Shown: positions 18,676 through 29,051, counted from the stretch's first letter. The stretch is 64,000 bases of DNA from Promethearchaeota archaeon (GCA_014728035.1 WJMJ01000059.1:32001-96000), one strand, 5' to 3'. Made by a program: numbers and translations. The notes: generated by a model not told the origin, from the sequence alone.

Positions 18676-20796
18676 TTAGCTTTCCTCCTTTGTGCGGGCT
18701 TTTTTCTTTTTTCTCCTCTTCTCTAATTTTGCTATATCCTCCTTTCTTCCTGGGCAGTCAGTCCAATTGACGCATGTTTCCCAATTTCTTCTACCTGACT
18801 GTACTTTATACATTGAAAATCCACAATGTGGGCATTTTTTATCAAGTGGTGTGATTTTCCCCTTTTGGGGTAAGGGAAATGTCTGATCACATTTCGTTGC
18901 TTTGTAATTAGTGCATCCAACAAATCGTTTACCTGTTTTTGGTGATCGGATGATTATGAGCGTGCCATCTCCACATTTCGGACAAACGCCTAATTCTTGT
19001 TTCTCTTTCCAATATCTTTGCAATCCCTCTACTAGTGTTTGTCCGATTTCTTGTTCTTGTTGTTGGAATTCTTCTAATAATATGTTCAATTCTCGTTTAG
19101 CTCTTTCAAGAACATCTTTGTGATCTTTCTTTTCCTGTTGAATTTCCATCATTTCTTCTTCAAGCTGTCTTGTAAATTCGACAGACAATACCTGAGGCAC
19201 ATATGTTTCAAGTGTGTCCAGAGCCGCATAGCCCAATGTTGAAATCTCAAACGAATCATTCAAAGTATATCCTCTTGATTTAAGGGAGTCTACAATCCCA
19301 GAACGTGTTGACTTTGTACCTAGATTCTTTCGTTCAAGCACTTTTAGTAGACTTGATGGGTTGTATCTCGCTGGAGGAGATGTGAATTTGTCTTCTCGTT
19401 CCACTGTTGTTAGAGCGATTTCATCTCCCTTCTTAATGGGTGGCAAGGTCTTTTCTTTTGTGGATGCATATGGCTCATAGTATTTCATCCACCCACGTTT
19501 AACAATTCGCAAACCTCGAAGATACAGATTATGACTTCCCGAAACTAAGTTCGCCCTTATGCTTTGTTTTAGAGCAGGTTCTCCAAATAGAGCAAAAAAT
19601 CGTTTAATAACTAAATCGTAAAGTTTGCTTTCACTCGGTGTCAGCCTTGTGCTTGGTTTATTCCCTGTTGGATGAATCGCTGGATGTGCTGGGTCTTTTT
19701 TCTCGCCTTGTTGTGGAGTTAGTTTCCCAATTTCGAGTATTTCTTTTGCAGTCTTTGCATACTTCCTCCTATCTTGCAAATCCTTCAAAATCTGTTTAAT
19801 ATCGATGCTCTCAGGAATTTTTTGGCTATTTGTTCGAGGATATGAGATTAGCGCGTCAAGGTATAGTTTTTGTGCTAGAACAAGTGTTCTACTTGGCTTA
19901 AATCCGAAGTGTCGATATGCCTCTGATTGTAATCCGCTCAAGTTAAAGGGAACTGGTGGTGTTTGAGTGCGTTTTCTTTTGTCAATACTGTCAACTTCAG
20001 CAATTGAATTCTTTAGGTCATTTACAATTTGTGTTGCATCTGTGATTGTGTCGATTCGTTTTTCTCCATATTCAACATCAAATTCTGACCCTTGAAATGT
20101 ACCTTTTACTATAATCTTCCAATAGGGGTTTGGAACATATACATTGATGGCACAATCCCTCTCTGCAACAAATGTAAGTGTTGGACCTTGCACTCTTCCT
20201 GTTGATACAATTTTGAACCATCCAGTCACGTTCTTTATTGCAAGTGTTAGTGCTCTAGTCAGATTTATTCCGTAGAGCCAGTCAACCTTGTGTCTAACTT
20301 GACCAGCATCAATCATTGGAAAATCAAGCACTGAAAGATTTTCGTATGCCTTTGTAATGTCTGTTTTAGTCAGAGTTGAAAAAACCATTCTTTTTGCTTT
20401 ACTTGGGTCTGCTTTACAGGCATATACAAGGGACAGATATCCAATAAGACTCCCCTCAATATCATAATCTGTTGCTACTATGAAATGATCGATATTCTTT
20501 GCAAGTTTTTTCATTAGCGCTATTAGTGGCTTTGAGATTTTGTCTTTCTTGGATGCTTTATATTTTGGAACCCACTCTATTTCTGTTCTTGGATATTTCC
20601 AACCAGGTTCTGTCTGCTTCAATTCAAATAGATGTCCAATCGCATAGACAACAAAAAGAGTATCTTTACCTCTATCACATTCATAGTACGATACTTTTCG
20701 TTTCTTGATTTCTTTTGGTGGATTATTTTCTGAGAGTGCATGTGCAATCTTTTTTGCCGCTGTTGGCTTCTCTGTAATCACCATGATGTTGCTCAT
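18676..20796 (-). CDS. topA: Type IA DNA topoisomerase
   Basis: TEKP TOPRIM, ATDYDIEG, GRVQGPTL, ISYPRT catalytic Tyr, C-terminal Zn ribbons. Confidence 0.95.
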   Translation of the reverse strand: MSNIMVITEKPTAAKKIAHALSENNPPKEIKKRKVSYYECDRGKDTLFVVYAIGHLFELKQTEPGWKYPRTEIEWVPKYKASKKDKISKPLIALMKKLAKNIDHFIVATDYDIEGSLIGYLSLVYACKADPSKAKRMVFSTLTKTDITKAYENLSVLDFPMIDAGQVRHKVDWLYGINLTRALTLAIKNVTGWFKIVSTGRVQGPTLTFVAERDCAINVYVPNPYWKIIVKGTFQGSEFDVEYGEKRIDTITDATQIVNDLKNSIAEVDSIDKRKRTQTPPVPFNLSGLQSEAYRHFGFKPSRTLVLAQKLYLDALISYPRTNSQKIPESIDIKQILKDLQDRRKYAKTAKEILEIGKLTPQQGEKKDPAHPAIHPTGNKPSTRLTPSESKLYDLVIKRFFALFGEPALKQSIRANLVSGSHNLYLRGLRIVKRGWMKYYEPYASTKEKTLPPIKKGDEIALTTVEREDKFTSPPARYNPSSLLKVLERKNLGTKSTRSGIVDSLKSRGYTLNDSFEISTLGYAALDTLETYVPQVLSVEFTRQLEEEMMEIQQEKKDHKDVLERAKRELNILLEEFQQQEQEIGQTLVEGLQRYWKEKQELGVCPKCGDGTLIIIRSPKTGKRFVGCTNYKATKCDQTFPLPQKGKITPLDKKCPHCGFSMYKVQSGRRNWETCVNWTDCPGRKEDIAKLEKRRKKKKARTKEES

Positions 20797-20933
20797 ACTA
20801 ATCCGCCTTCTGAAATTCGTAGGAGGATTCTGTTCGCTAACTTAAAATTTTATATGTTTTGAGTTGGTACATTTTTGCACCTCGCGATAGTCTTAAAAGA
20901 GACCTCTTGTCCTGCTCGATTGAGGTCTAGAAT

Positions 20934-21356
20934 ATGACTGATAAGTGGCTCAGAATAATTGTCAAACCACAGGTGCGAATTGCAAGACCCCGATTTGGGG
21001 CTCCAACTCGGCCTCCAGCTATACTTTTGTTTGGAGTGGTCTTCATTACGGTCCTCTTCATTCTGGGCGGAAATATATACTCACTAGTCAATACACCTCC
21101 TCCAATTGCTAGTGGCTCCGATGGCTCTCCCATTTTAATTGCTCCTTCTATAGATGTTCAATTAGGAGTTGAAGGAATAGCTGCTTCAGTAATTCTTCTA
21201 GTAGGTGTGCTTGGTTTAGGCCTGATATTTTACGCTTCTAGATATGTATTCCAACCGGGGATGGCATGGCGTTTCATGGTATTAGGTATGATTATGTCCG
21301 GAGTAGCATATCTCTCAATTACCTATCTCTATTTGTTTAAGATTGGTCAATTGTAA
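20934..21356 (+). CDS. OSTC/DC2-like (OST3/OST6 family) oligosaccharyltransferase accessory subunit
   Basis: Three TM helices; FILGGNIY...PP, Q..VEGIAAS and G.LG motifs parallel to DC2; no thioredoxin domain. Confidence 0.8.
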   Translation: MTDKWLRIIVKPQVRIARPRFGAPTRPPAILLFGVVFITVLFILGGNIYSLVNTPPPIASGSDGSPILIAPSIDVQLGVEGIAASVILLVGVLGLGLIFYASRYVFQPGMAWRFMVLGMIMSGVAYLSITYLYLFKIGQL

Positions 21357-21364
21357 CACATTTC

Positions 21365-21388
21365 AAGCGTCGTTTGAAAGCGGCGCTT
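21365..21388. terminator. Hairpin between convergent genes
   Basis: AAGCGTCGTTT/AAGCGGCGCTT inverted repeat. Confidence 0.45.
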
Positions 21389-22093
21389 TCAACTCATTTT
21401 TACTATTTTCACTCCCTTTTTTATTTCGAGATATTCAATTAGGGATTTTGCTATTCTTAGCTTTTTCTGCTTTCTCGGACTTGCAGGGAAATGCATTTCG
21501 TGTTCTGGTTTTGACCATTTTCCCACCATTTTCCCAAAGTCCATTCCCAATAAGATGATTTTTTCTGGATTGTAGTGAGCAGCTATAAAGCAAGCTCTGT
21601 CACCATCGGTAAACCCACCCCATAATTGTACATTCTCAGTAGGCTTCACCTGTGTACTACCGAGCACTCGAGTGAATTCCGGAACATGTTTTTTAATAGT
21701 GGATATATTATCTCCGTGTGCATGTACGATTGGAATCGCCCCATTTTTTACCATTCTAGAAATCATTGTCACATCCCCATCTAAATCGGTAACAATGACA
21801 TCACACTGAATTTGATTGTCATAAAGGGCGGTAGTTGCTCCATCTGCAGAGATTATTATCACATCTTCCCTGTTTGGCATTTGCTCAAGATGCTTTTCAA
21901 GTGATGGTCCTGCACCACATACTGCGATTATTTTGCCGTTCAAAAGATCATCAAGGTTTTGCAACAGTGACTTGGAATCATGAATTCGAAGTAATTCGTC
22001 CAATATAGTGGTCGCTTGGAAATCCTGTTTGGGGTCAAGATTTAGTTGACTAACGATATCACAATAGATTGGTTTCCAGACACTCCATTTCAT
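21389..22093 (-). CDS. mptE: 6-hydroxymethyl-7,8-dihydropterin pyrophosphokinase MptE
   Basis: GAGPSL, ADGA, VTDLDG, HAHGDN, GGFTDGDRA; downstream of folP. Confidence 0.92.
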   Translation of the reverse strand: MKWSVWKPIYCDIVSQLNLDPKQDFQATTILDELLRIHDSKSLLQNLDDLLNGKIIAVCGAGPSLEKHLEQMPNREDVIIISADGATTALYDNQIQCDVIVTDLDGDVTMISRMVKNGAIPIVHAHGDNISTIKKHVPEFTRVLGSTQVKPTENVQLWGGFTDGDRACFIAAHYNPEKIILLGMDFGKMVGKWSKPEHEMHFPASPRKQKKLRIAKSLIEYLEIKKGVKIVKMS

Positions 22094-22105
22094 ATTTTCA
22101 CTTCG

Positions 22106-23311
22106 CTATAGGTTTCTGATTTCTAGTAGGGTTTGAATTGAGGAACCTATCTTTTCCAGACCAAAATACCTCATTTTCTTGATTTTTCCAGCTAGTTTTT
22201 TCATATGCAAGAGAGTTCCCATTAGAATCACATCAGTACGATCTATTTTCGAATCAATTGTGTCATGATGATATGCAGCATCTCCTCCGAGTGCAAGCAT
22301 TTCTTGTTTGAGTATCAGTGCTCCTGGAATACTCACTTGTCTGATATGAATAGAAATATGAATCATTTTCTTAGCAAGTGCTTTGATTATCCCTTTTCCC
22401 GTCCCGACATATTCGAGTAATATTTTTGCTTTGTATTTATCATGAATCTCCAATATTTGGGCGTCATTGTGAGATATGGTTGTTTGATGCCGCATTCCAA
22501 ATCCAATCTTACTTGCCTGAAATGCTTCGAGAACATCATGCGCACGTATTACATCCGCTCCGTTAGCGACAGCAATGGATGTTGCAGCAATTGTACCAAT
22601 CAGTCGCTCCTCTGGGTCTGGTTGGTCTAAAATGGTACCGATGAATGCTTTCCGTGATACTCCAACAAGTAGTGGATGGCCTAACATCTTGAATGTATCC
22701 AGATTTTTAAGCAATGTAATATCAAAATCCATGGGTTTTCCAAATCCAATACCTGGATCTATAATTATTTTTCCAGAATCAACATTTTCTCGTGTAGCGA
22801 TTTCCAAGCTTCTTTTTATTTGGTTAAGAGTATTTGCCAAGCTTTGTTTTCCTGTTGATGGATTTGCCATTAATACGACGGGAACATCGTATTCCGCAAC
22901 AAGTTTCGCCATTCTTGGATCTCCTTGAAATCCTGAAACGTCGTTTACAATATCTATTCCATAATCAAGAGCTACCTCAACTACTTCTGCTGAAGTTGTA
23001 TCTATTGAAACTGGAATATCTGTTACACTTTTGATAACTTCCAGTCCTTGAGCAATTCTTTTAGATTCTTTTTCAATTTCTACTTTTGAGGTACCATAGA
23101 TTTCTTTTGGTGCGGTGGAGGCTCCTCCAACATCGATTATAGCGACTTGCTCTTTGATCATCTCTTCAACTCTTCTTATCAGATGTGTTTCGTCTTTCTC
23201 TACAGATTGTTGATAGAATGACTCTGGCGAGAGATTGATTACTCCCATTACTTTAGGTTCGTTTTCTCCTCCGACCGCAATTTGTCCAATTTTGACCTCA
23301 TTAGACCTCAT
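22106..23311 (-). CDS. folP: Dihydropteroate synthase with an extra C-terminal domain
   Basis: MGVINLSPESF, SIDT, NDVSG, DPGIGFGK, SRKAF, RAHDV; about 120 additional residues containing ILKQEMLALGGDAA. Confidence 0.93.
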   Translation of the reverse strand: MRSNEVKIGQIAVGGENEPKVMGVINLSPESFYQQSVEKDETHLIRRVEEMIKEQVAIIDVGGASTAPKEIYGTSKVEIEKESKRIAQGLEVIKSVTDIPVSIDTTSAEVVEVALDYGIDIVNDVSGFQGDPRMAKLVAEYDVPVVLMANPSTGKQSLANTLNQIKRSLEIATRENVDSGKIIIDPGIGFGKPMDFDITLLKNLDTFKMLGHPLLVGVSRKAFIGTILDQPDPEERLIGTIAATSIAVANGADVIRAHDVLEAFQASKIGFGMRHQTTISHNDAQILEIHDKYKAKILLEYVGTGKGIIKALAKKMIHISIHIRQVSIPGALILKQEMLALGGDAAYHHDTIDSKIDRTDVILMGTLLHMKKLAGKIKKMRYFGLEKIGSSIQTLLEIRNL

Positions 23312-23397
23312 TTTATTTCACCTGATATTTAGGTTGAATGGAAGAACATAAAACATAGCGTATTTGTTTCAACACGCGTCTATTGTGGTGAATACCT

Positions 23398-24543
23398 ATG
23401 AGCAATAACCTAGAGCGAACTCATCTTTATGATTGGCACAACCAAAATGGCAGTGTAGTTCCTTTTGCTGGATGGGAGATGCCAGTCCGATACTCTGACA
23501 TTCGTGAAGAACATATGGCTGTACGTGAAAATGTTGGTATCTTTGATACCACTCATATGTTTCGTTTCTTTATCAGCGGTCCCGATGCTGTTGCTTTTCT
23601 ACAGTTTCTGACAACTAACAATGTACGAAAACTCGAAGTAAATGATGGTCACTACTCCACATGTTTGAATGAAGACGGGGGCACTCTTGATGACCTTATG
23701 CTTTATCGCGTTGGAGAGCAAGAATTCATCTGGGTTACAAATGCTGCAAATGGCCCGAAAATTTTCAAACATATGAAGTCTCATGCTGATAAATATGATG
23801 TGACTGTTGAAGACCGTTCCAGAAATGTTGTTATGATAGCGGTTCAGGGTCCCAAGGCCTTATCCTTACTAAATAAAATAACATCCGTTGATGCAACCCA
23901 ATATTCGCGTTTTACCTGTAATCCAGTTTCTATAGGTGATTATAGATGTTATCTCTGCCGAACTGGCTACACTGGTGAAGATGGTGGTGAGATCCTTCTA
24001 TTAGACACCCCATTTGATGAATCTGGAAAGAAACGAGCTACCGAGTTTTGGGAGATGCTTCTTGAGGAAGGAAAAGAATATGGCGTACAACCCTGTGGTC
24101 TTGGCGCGCGTGATTCAACACGACTTGAGGCAGGCTTTGTTCTATATGGGCACGAACTTGATGAAGAAACTTCTCCGATAGAAGCAAAAATTCCTTATGC
24201 TGTGAAATTCAAAGTAGATCCCCATTATATAGGGTATGATGTTGTCAAGTCACATAAGAAAGAAGGGGTTTCTAAGACACGAATAGGACTAGTGATGATT
24301 GATCGTGGAATTCCCCGAGAAAATTATCCAGTTTTACTTAATGATACCGAGATTGGAATAACTACAAGTGGTGGTTTTTCACCAGTACTCGAAAAAGGCA
24401 TTGCGTTGGCATATGTACCTCCTGATGTGGTGGAAATCGGGGATACCGTCCATATCAAAATTAGAGGAAGATCTAGAAAAGCTGAAGTTGTAAGTTGGCC
24501 ATTTTACGATCCTGATAAATATGGTTCCACTAGAAAAGAGTAG
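23398..24543 (+). CDS. gcvT: Glycine cleavage system T protein
   Basis: FAGWEMP, RTGYTGEDG, GLGARDSTRLEAG. Confidence 0.95.
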   Translation: MSNNLERTHLYDWHNQNGSVVPFAGWEMPVRYSDIREEHMAVRENVGIFDTTHMFRFFISGPDAVAFLQFLTTNNVRKLEVNDGHYSTCLNEDGGTLDDLMLYRVGEQEFIWVTNAANGPKIFKHMKSHADKYDVTVEDRSRNVVMIAVQGPKALSLLNKITSVDATQYSRFTCNPVSIGDYRCYLCRTGYTGEDGGEILLLDTPFDESGKKRATEFWEMLLEEGKEYGVQPCGLGARDSTRLEAGFVLYGHELDEETSPIEAKIPYAVKFKVDPHYIGYDVVKSHKKEGVSKTRIGLVMIDRGIPRENYPVLLNDTEIGITTSGGFSPVLEKGIALAYVPPDVVEIGDTVHIKIRGRSRKAEVVSWPFYDPDKYGSTRKE

Positions 24544-24596
24544 AATGGAAACTGTTTAATTGATGTACTTGATATGAAAGACGACGGTAGATAGCA

Positions 24597-24992
24597 ATGA
24601 CCGAATCAAAGGTTTTAGACGGATTGCGCTATAGCAAAGAACACGAATGGGCAAAAGAGGAGAATGGTCTGATTGTGGTCGGAATATCCGATTATGCTCA
24701 GGAATCTATCCATGAGATTACTTTTATTGAAGTGTCTGAAGAAGGCACTGTGGTTGATGCAGGAGGCGAATGTGGATTAATTGAATCCATGAAGGCATCT
24801 TCCAGTATTTACTCTCCAGTCGCTGGTGAAATTGTTGAGGTTAATGAAGAGCTCGAAGTAGCTCCTGAGATAGTCAATGAAGATCCTTATGGAAAAGGAT
24901 GGCTTTACAAAATCAAACCATCAAACAAGGATGCTGACCTTGAAGCTCTAATGAACAGTGATGAGTACACCTCATACATTGAGTCGTTGTAA
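24597..24992 (+). CDS. gcvH: Glycine cleavage system H protein
   Basis: HEW, GISDYAQ, ESMKA lipoyl-Lys, NEDPYGKGW. Confidence 0.95.
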   Translation: MTESKVLDGLRYSKEHEWAKEENGLIVVGISDYAQESIHEITFIEVSEEGTVVDAGGECGLIESMKASSSIYSPVAGEIVEVNEELEVAPEIVNEDPYGKGWLYKIKPSNKDADLEALMNSDEYTSYIESL

Positions 24993-24999
24993 ATTTAGG

Positions 25000-25033
25000 A
25001 AGGGGAGTTCCATCCCCTTTTTGTTTTCTTTTT
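25000..25033 (+). terminator. Hairpin plus T-tract after gcvH
   Basis: AAGGGGA/TCCCCTT stem followed by T runs. Confidence 0.6.
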
Positions 25034-25142
25034 CATCAAATTCATTTATTCTGATAGGTCTCTTATACAACTAACGGCAACCTTTAAAGCACATCTAAGA
25101 TTGAACCGCTTGCATTCGAAGTCCGAATGGAGAGAACACTAT

Positions 25143-27905
25143 ATGTCAGGCTTCAATAAGTTCAAGAGATCATCTGAAAGATTCCTACGAAAGGTTTTCC
25201 ACAAACCGAAAGCAGAGATATCCCGCGGCTCGATTCTATTAGTGTTGGCACTCTCGATTATCTTCTTTGCAGCTCTGGGTCTTCGAGTATTCTCGTTATT
25301 AGACTCGCAGCCAATCGTGCGCGCGTTTGACCCATGGTTTCAATTGAAGGTTACAGAATATGTGTCCGACAATGGATTTGCCGCATTTTTCACATGGTAT
25401 GATGACACCACTTGGGTTCCATATGGTAGAGATATTGCTAGAACTACCTATATTGGTGTACCTTTTACAACTGCAGCATTCTATACATTGCTAAGTGGAC
25501 TCGGAATAAGTGTTGATATCATCACTGTTGCACTAGTTGTTCCTGCAGTTATGGGCGCTATGACCGTTTTTGTGGCATTCTTATTGGGTCGAGAGGCTTA
25601 CAACAATTCAGTAGGGTTACTAAGTGCTTTGTTTCTAGCTTTCATGCCTGCTTTCCTTCAGAGAACAATCGCTGGATTCTATGATAATGAATTCATTGGG
25701 GTCTTTGCAATTACTCTTTCATTATACTTCTTTATTAGAAGTATCAAGCGAGGATCACTTCCATCCGCAGTTGCAGCTGGATTGTCAGTTGCTTATCTTC
25801 AAGTATCATGGGGTGCTTCTGATTTCCTTACAGCTCTATTTGCTTTGTATGCGTTCTTCATGCTCATCTCTGGGAAATACAATACTCGTGTTCTTACTGC
25901 ATATCTTCCCACTCTCGCAATTGGGATGTTTGTTGGTGGATTAATTCCCCGGAATGGATTTGGAGACCTCACATCTTTCTCAACATTAGCTCCTATTGGA
26001 GTGGCTGGATTACTCGTGTTTTATGAAATTTGGATGCGGGTTCAGACACAAAGAGAAGCAACTGCGGTTGCTCTTGCTCCATACATGCGTCCGCTTCTTG
26101 CCGGAATAATTACACCTGTGATTGGCGTAGGTGCATATATGGCATATAGCAGTAGTAATGAGCTATCAATTGCCACTTCTAATCCCAACCCATTCTTGAC
26201 TATTGGTGGTAAATTCCTTACTGTTGTGAATCCATTCTATCGTTTAGACCAACGGATATTTGCATCTGTTGCCGAGCATCTTCCAAGCCCATGGGGAAGT
26301 TTCTATTACACACTACTTCTTCTAATCTTCTTCTTCCCACTTGGAATGTATTTTGCATTTCGTAGGGGCCGTGATGAAGATTGGTTGTTATTACTTTACG
26401 GTGTAGTTGCAGTGTACTTCACGGGCAGTATGATCCGACTAAGTTTGGTACTAGCACCTGGTGTAGCAATTCTTGCAGCTATTGCAGTAAACGGAATTCT
26501 CCAACCATTTGCTAAGGTTGTTACTGAGAATACTGTCTTTGAACGAAGAAGATTTAGAATGAGTGCATCTCTTACATCTGAACATGCTCTTGCTGCATTC
26601 TTCTTCATAGGTATTTTGCTTTCTGTTAACGTCTATATGGGAGCTCAATATGCTACTCAAGGTGTAAATCAACCTGAATTTGCACTTGCCCCACTATCAA
26701 GTCCAGGACAGGTTACTGATTGGCAGACAGCTATGACATATGTTCGTAACGTTCTTCCCGAAACTGCTGTAATTGGAAGCTGGTGGGATTATGGTTATTG
26801 GATAAATGGTGCTGGTGGAAAGGATACCATTGTAGATAATGCGACGTTTAATCAAACGCAAATTGCATTGATGGGGTACGCATTGATGGCTCTTAATCTG
26901 ACCGAGTCTCTTAAGACCTTTAGTCAGTGGAATACCACACATGTTCTTGTTTATTGGGGTCACCGCTTGAATTACTTTGGTGGTGACGAAGGTAAATGGC
27001 CATGGATGGTTAGAATTGCAGAAGATAGACTCGGCACAAGTGTGATAGATGATGCCACCTATCTTGGTGACGATCCAGACACACCTCAAGAAGAAACCGA
27101 GGCTGCACAAGAGGCATTCTACCAGTCTACTCTATACAAGTTGCTAACATATGGTGAACCAGTATCGGCCGAACAGGCTCAAAGTATGGGTCTTCCTGAC
27201 GGAAGAGTTTCAGTAGATACTGCAGATGGAAGCTATCTATCCGATCCTGATTGGACTTCCCATATTCCGAGAAGTCTCTATGGTGCGTTCAAGGGTCCAT
27301 ACTATAGTTCTTCATATGGTATAGTGAAAATCTATGAAATTGATTATACCATGTACTATCAGTACCTTAACAAGACCAAGGCTGATTACACACCCCTCAG
27401 AGGATCTCTGGAAGATGTGAATTTGGATGGGAACCTATCAGAAACAGAACAGAGTTATGATAGCTTTGATGTAGTCTTTGGTGGAGGTTACGATGCTACA
27501 GTATATTCCCAGTCAAATGGAACCCATATGTATTATGGAATCAAAATGGATAACTATACAGTGGGAGATGACTCAATCGGATTTCAATTTGCTCCCGCTG
27601 ACTCCAAAACCAGAACGGATCTCCGAATTGTAGATTATGCTGGTGAAGACTACTACGATGGCTACACTGACTATACTGGTGATTGGAATACAGACTCAAC
27701 TGGATCCAATCCTGAAGAAGTAGCGAAAAGCGATGGATTCATTGAGTATCTTATACCTTTGGATTCTGACGAGTCACAGGACCAAAACATGGAACCCGGA
27801 ATGAACTATCAGCTTCGTCTTCTCTTTTGGAACAACAGGAACAGTGGAGAACCGACTTATGCCTCAAACTGGGGTACTATTTGGATTCCAGTAATCCTCT
27901 ACTAA
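25143..27905 (+). CDS. aglB: Oligosaccharyltransferase catalytic subunit AglB/STT3
   Basis: FDPWF, DNE, SVAEH, WWDYG, DNATFNQT, DEGKWPWMVRI; multiple TM helices; start at ATG 25143. Confidence 0.96.
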   Translation: MSGFNKFKRSSERFLRKVFHKPKAEISRGSILLVLALSIIFFAALGLRVFSLLDSQPIVRAFDPWFQLKVTEYVSDNGFAAFFTWYDDTTWVPYGRDIARTTYIGVPFTTAAFYTLLSGLGISVDIITVALVVPAVMGAMTVFVAFLLGREAYNNSVGLLSALFLAFMPAFLQRTIAGFYDNEFIGVFAITLSLYFFIRSIKRGSLPSAVAAGLSVAYLQVSWGASDFLTALFALYAFFMLISGKYNTRVLTAYLPTLAIGMFVGGLIPRNGFGDLTSFSTLAPIGVAGLLVFYEIWMRVQTQREATAVALAPYMRPLLAGIITPVIGVGAYMAYSSSNELSIATSNPNPFLTIGGKFLTVVNPFYRLDQRIFASVAEHLPSPWGSFYYTLLLLIFFFPLGMYFAFRRGRDEDWLLLLYGVVAVYFTGSMIRLSLVLAPGVAILAAIAVNGILQPFAKVVTENTVFERRRFRMSASLTSEHALAAFFFIGILLSVNVYMGAQYATQGVNQPEFALAPLSSPGQVTDWQTAMTYVRNVLPETAVIGSWWDYGYWINGAGGKDTIVDNATFNQTQIALMGYALMALNLTESLKTFSQWNTTHVLVYWGHRLNYFGGDEGKWPWMVRIAEDRLGTSVIDDATYLGDDPDTPQEETEAAQEAFYQSTLYKLLTYGEPVSAEQAQSMGLPDGRVSVDTADGSYLSDPDWTSHIPRSLYGAFKGPYYSSSYGIVKIYEIDYTMYYQYLNKTKADYTPLRGSLEDVNLDGNLSETEQSYDSFDVVFGGGYDATVYSQSNGTHMYYGIKMDNYTVGDDSIGFQFAPADSKTRTDLRIVDYAGEDYYDGYTDYTGDWNTDSTGSNPEEVAKSDGFIEYLIPLDSDESQDQNMEPGMNYQLRLLFWNNRNSGEPTYASNWGTIWIPVILY

Positions 27906-27914
27906 ATATGATTG

Positions 27915-27952
27915 GACGAGTGGATTGAATCCATTCGTCATTCTCTTTTTTA
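27915..27952 (+). terminator. Hairpin plus T-tract after aglB
   Basis: GACGAGTGGATT/AATCCATTCGTC then TTCTCTTTTTT. Confidence 0.6.
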
Positions 27953-28065
27953 ATTATCTTAGAATGTCTGTGAGTTAGATATGACTATAATCATTAAAAA
28001 ACGGGTTAAACTGTTTCAAACCACACAGACACAATTTCTGTAAATGATGTTTATCTGACTTTTTG

Positions 28066-28248
28066 TCATTTGGAATGAATTCGTGCCTTCTTTTTGGCTT
28101 TGCGTCGATATTTCCCGTATTTATCTTCTGGGCTATATTTAGGTGGTGTTGGATCGCCTACTTTGCCTCCACATTTCGGGCACTCTTTATCTTCTAAGGT
28201 ATATGTACTACATTTTACACATTTATGAAGCTGATTCATACTCGTCAA
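28066..28248 (-). CDS. nop10: H/ACA RNP protein Nop10
   Basis: CVKC..YTL...CPKCG, PPKYSPEDKYGKYRR; follows aIF2a. Confidence 0.93.
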   Translation of the reverse strand: MTSMNQLHKCVKCSTYTLEDKECPKCGGKVGDPTPPKYSPEDKYGKYRRKAKKKARIHSK

Positions 28249-29051
28249 TCCTTTCTCTCAAAATTAGCTTTGCCACCTTCTTTTTCTACTAATGTGGTGA
28301 CTTCTTCGCGAATTGCAGAGAGTAAATCTTCTCCATCTTTGTAATCTGGACTTGTAATTCTGATTTTGTATCTTGGAGCTCCAAGTGTGTATATTTCAAC
28401 AGATGATTTATCGTCTTTTTTTCCAATTTCAAGGCCTTTGGTAAGGGCTTCTCTAATAACTTCAACGCCTCTCGACCCAGGGACTTGGATGGTGAAATCG
28501 CCATCAATCTCTACTGAGGGTATTTCAATGCGAGATTCTGCTAATTCGGAGATCTTTTCTTTTAGTTTCTTGTCAGCATCAATTTCATCAAGTGCGGAAA
28601 TACCAATATCAGCGATACGCTCCAATCCTGTATAGATTTCTCCAAAGTAGTCTTCCATTGGCCAACCTATTGCTTCATACACCTCTTCCAGAGACATATC
28701 ACTATCTTTTGCAATAAGCTCCAATAGCTTCTCTGCTTTTTGAGATCGTTTCCATTCGTTATTCTTAGCTTTTTTGGCTTCTGCTGATACTCTTCTTAGT
28801 GAACAGTCAATATGTTCCTTATAGCTATCCACCTTGAGAACTCTAACAACTATTCTTTGATTCTCTTGGATGTGATTTCTGATGTTCCTTACCCACGTGC
28901 TGCTGACCTCGGAGATGTGAATGAATCCCTCTTTATCTCCGTATTCTGGTAACATCACATATGCTCCATATGGAGTAACTTTGGATGCTACTGCTACAAC
29001 ATATTCGTCTGGATTGGGCCATTCTGCACGTTTCAAGACCATTCTTTTCAT
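28245..29051 (-). CDS. eif2a: Translation initiation factor 2 alpha
   Basis: S1 domain EGFIHISEVSSTWVRNI, GAPRY. Confidence 0.95.
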   Translation of the reverse strand: MKRMVLKRAEWPNPDEYVVAVASKVTPYGAYVMLPEYGDKEGFIHISEVSSTWVRNIRNHIQENQRIVVRVLKVDSYKEHIDCSLRRVSAEAKKAKNNEWKRSQKAEKLLELIAKDSDMSLEEVYEAIGWPMEDYFGEIYTGLERIADIGISALDEIDADKKLKEKISELAESRIEIPSVEIDGDFTIQVPGSRGVEVIREALTKGLEIGKKDDKSSVEIYTLGAPRYKIRITSPDYKDGEDLLSAIREEVTTLVEKEGGKANFERKD

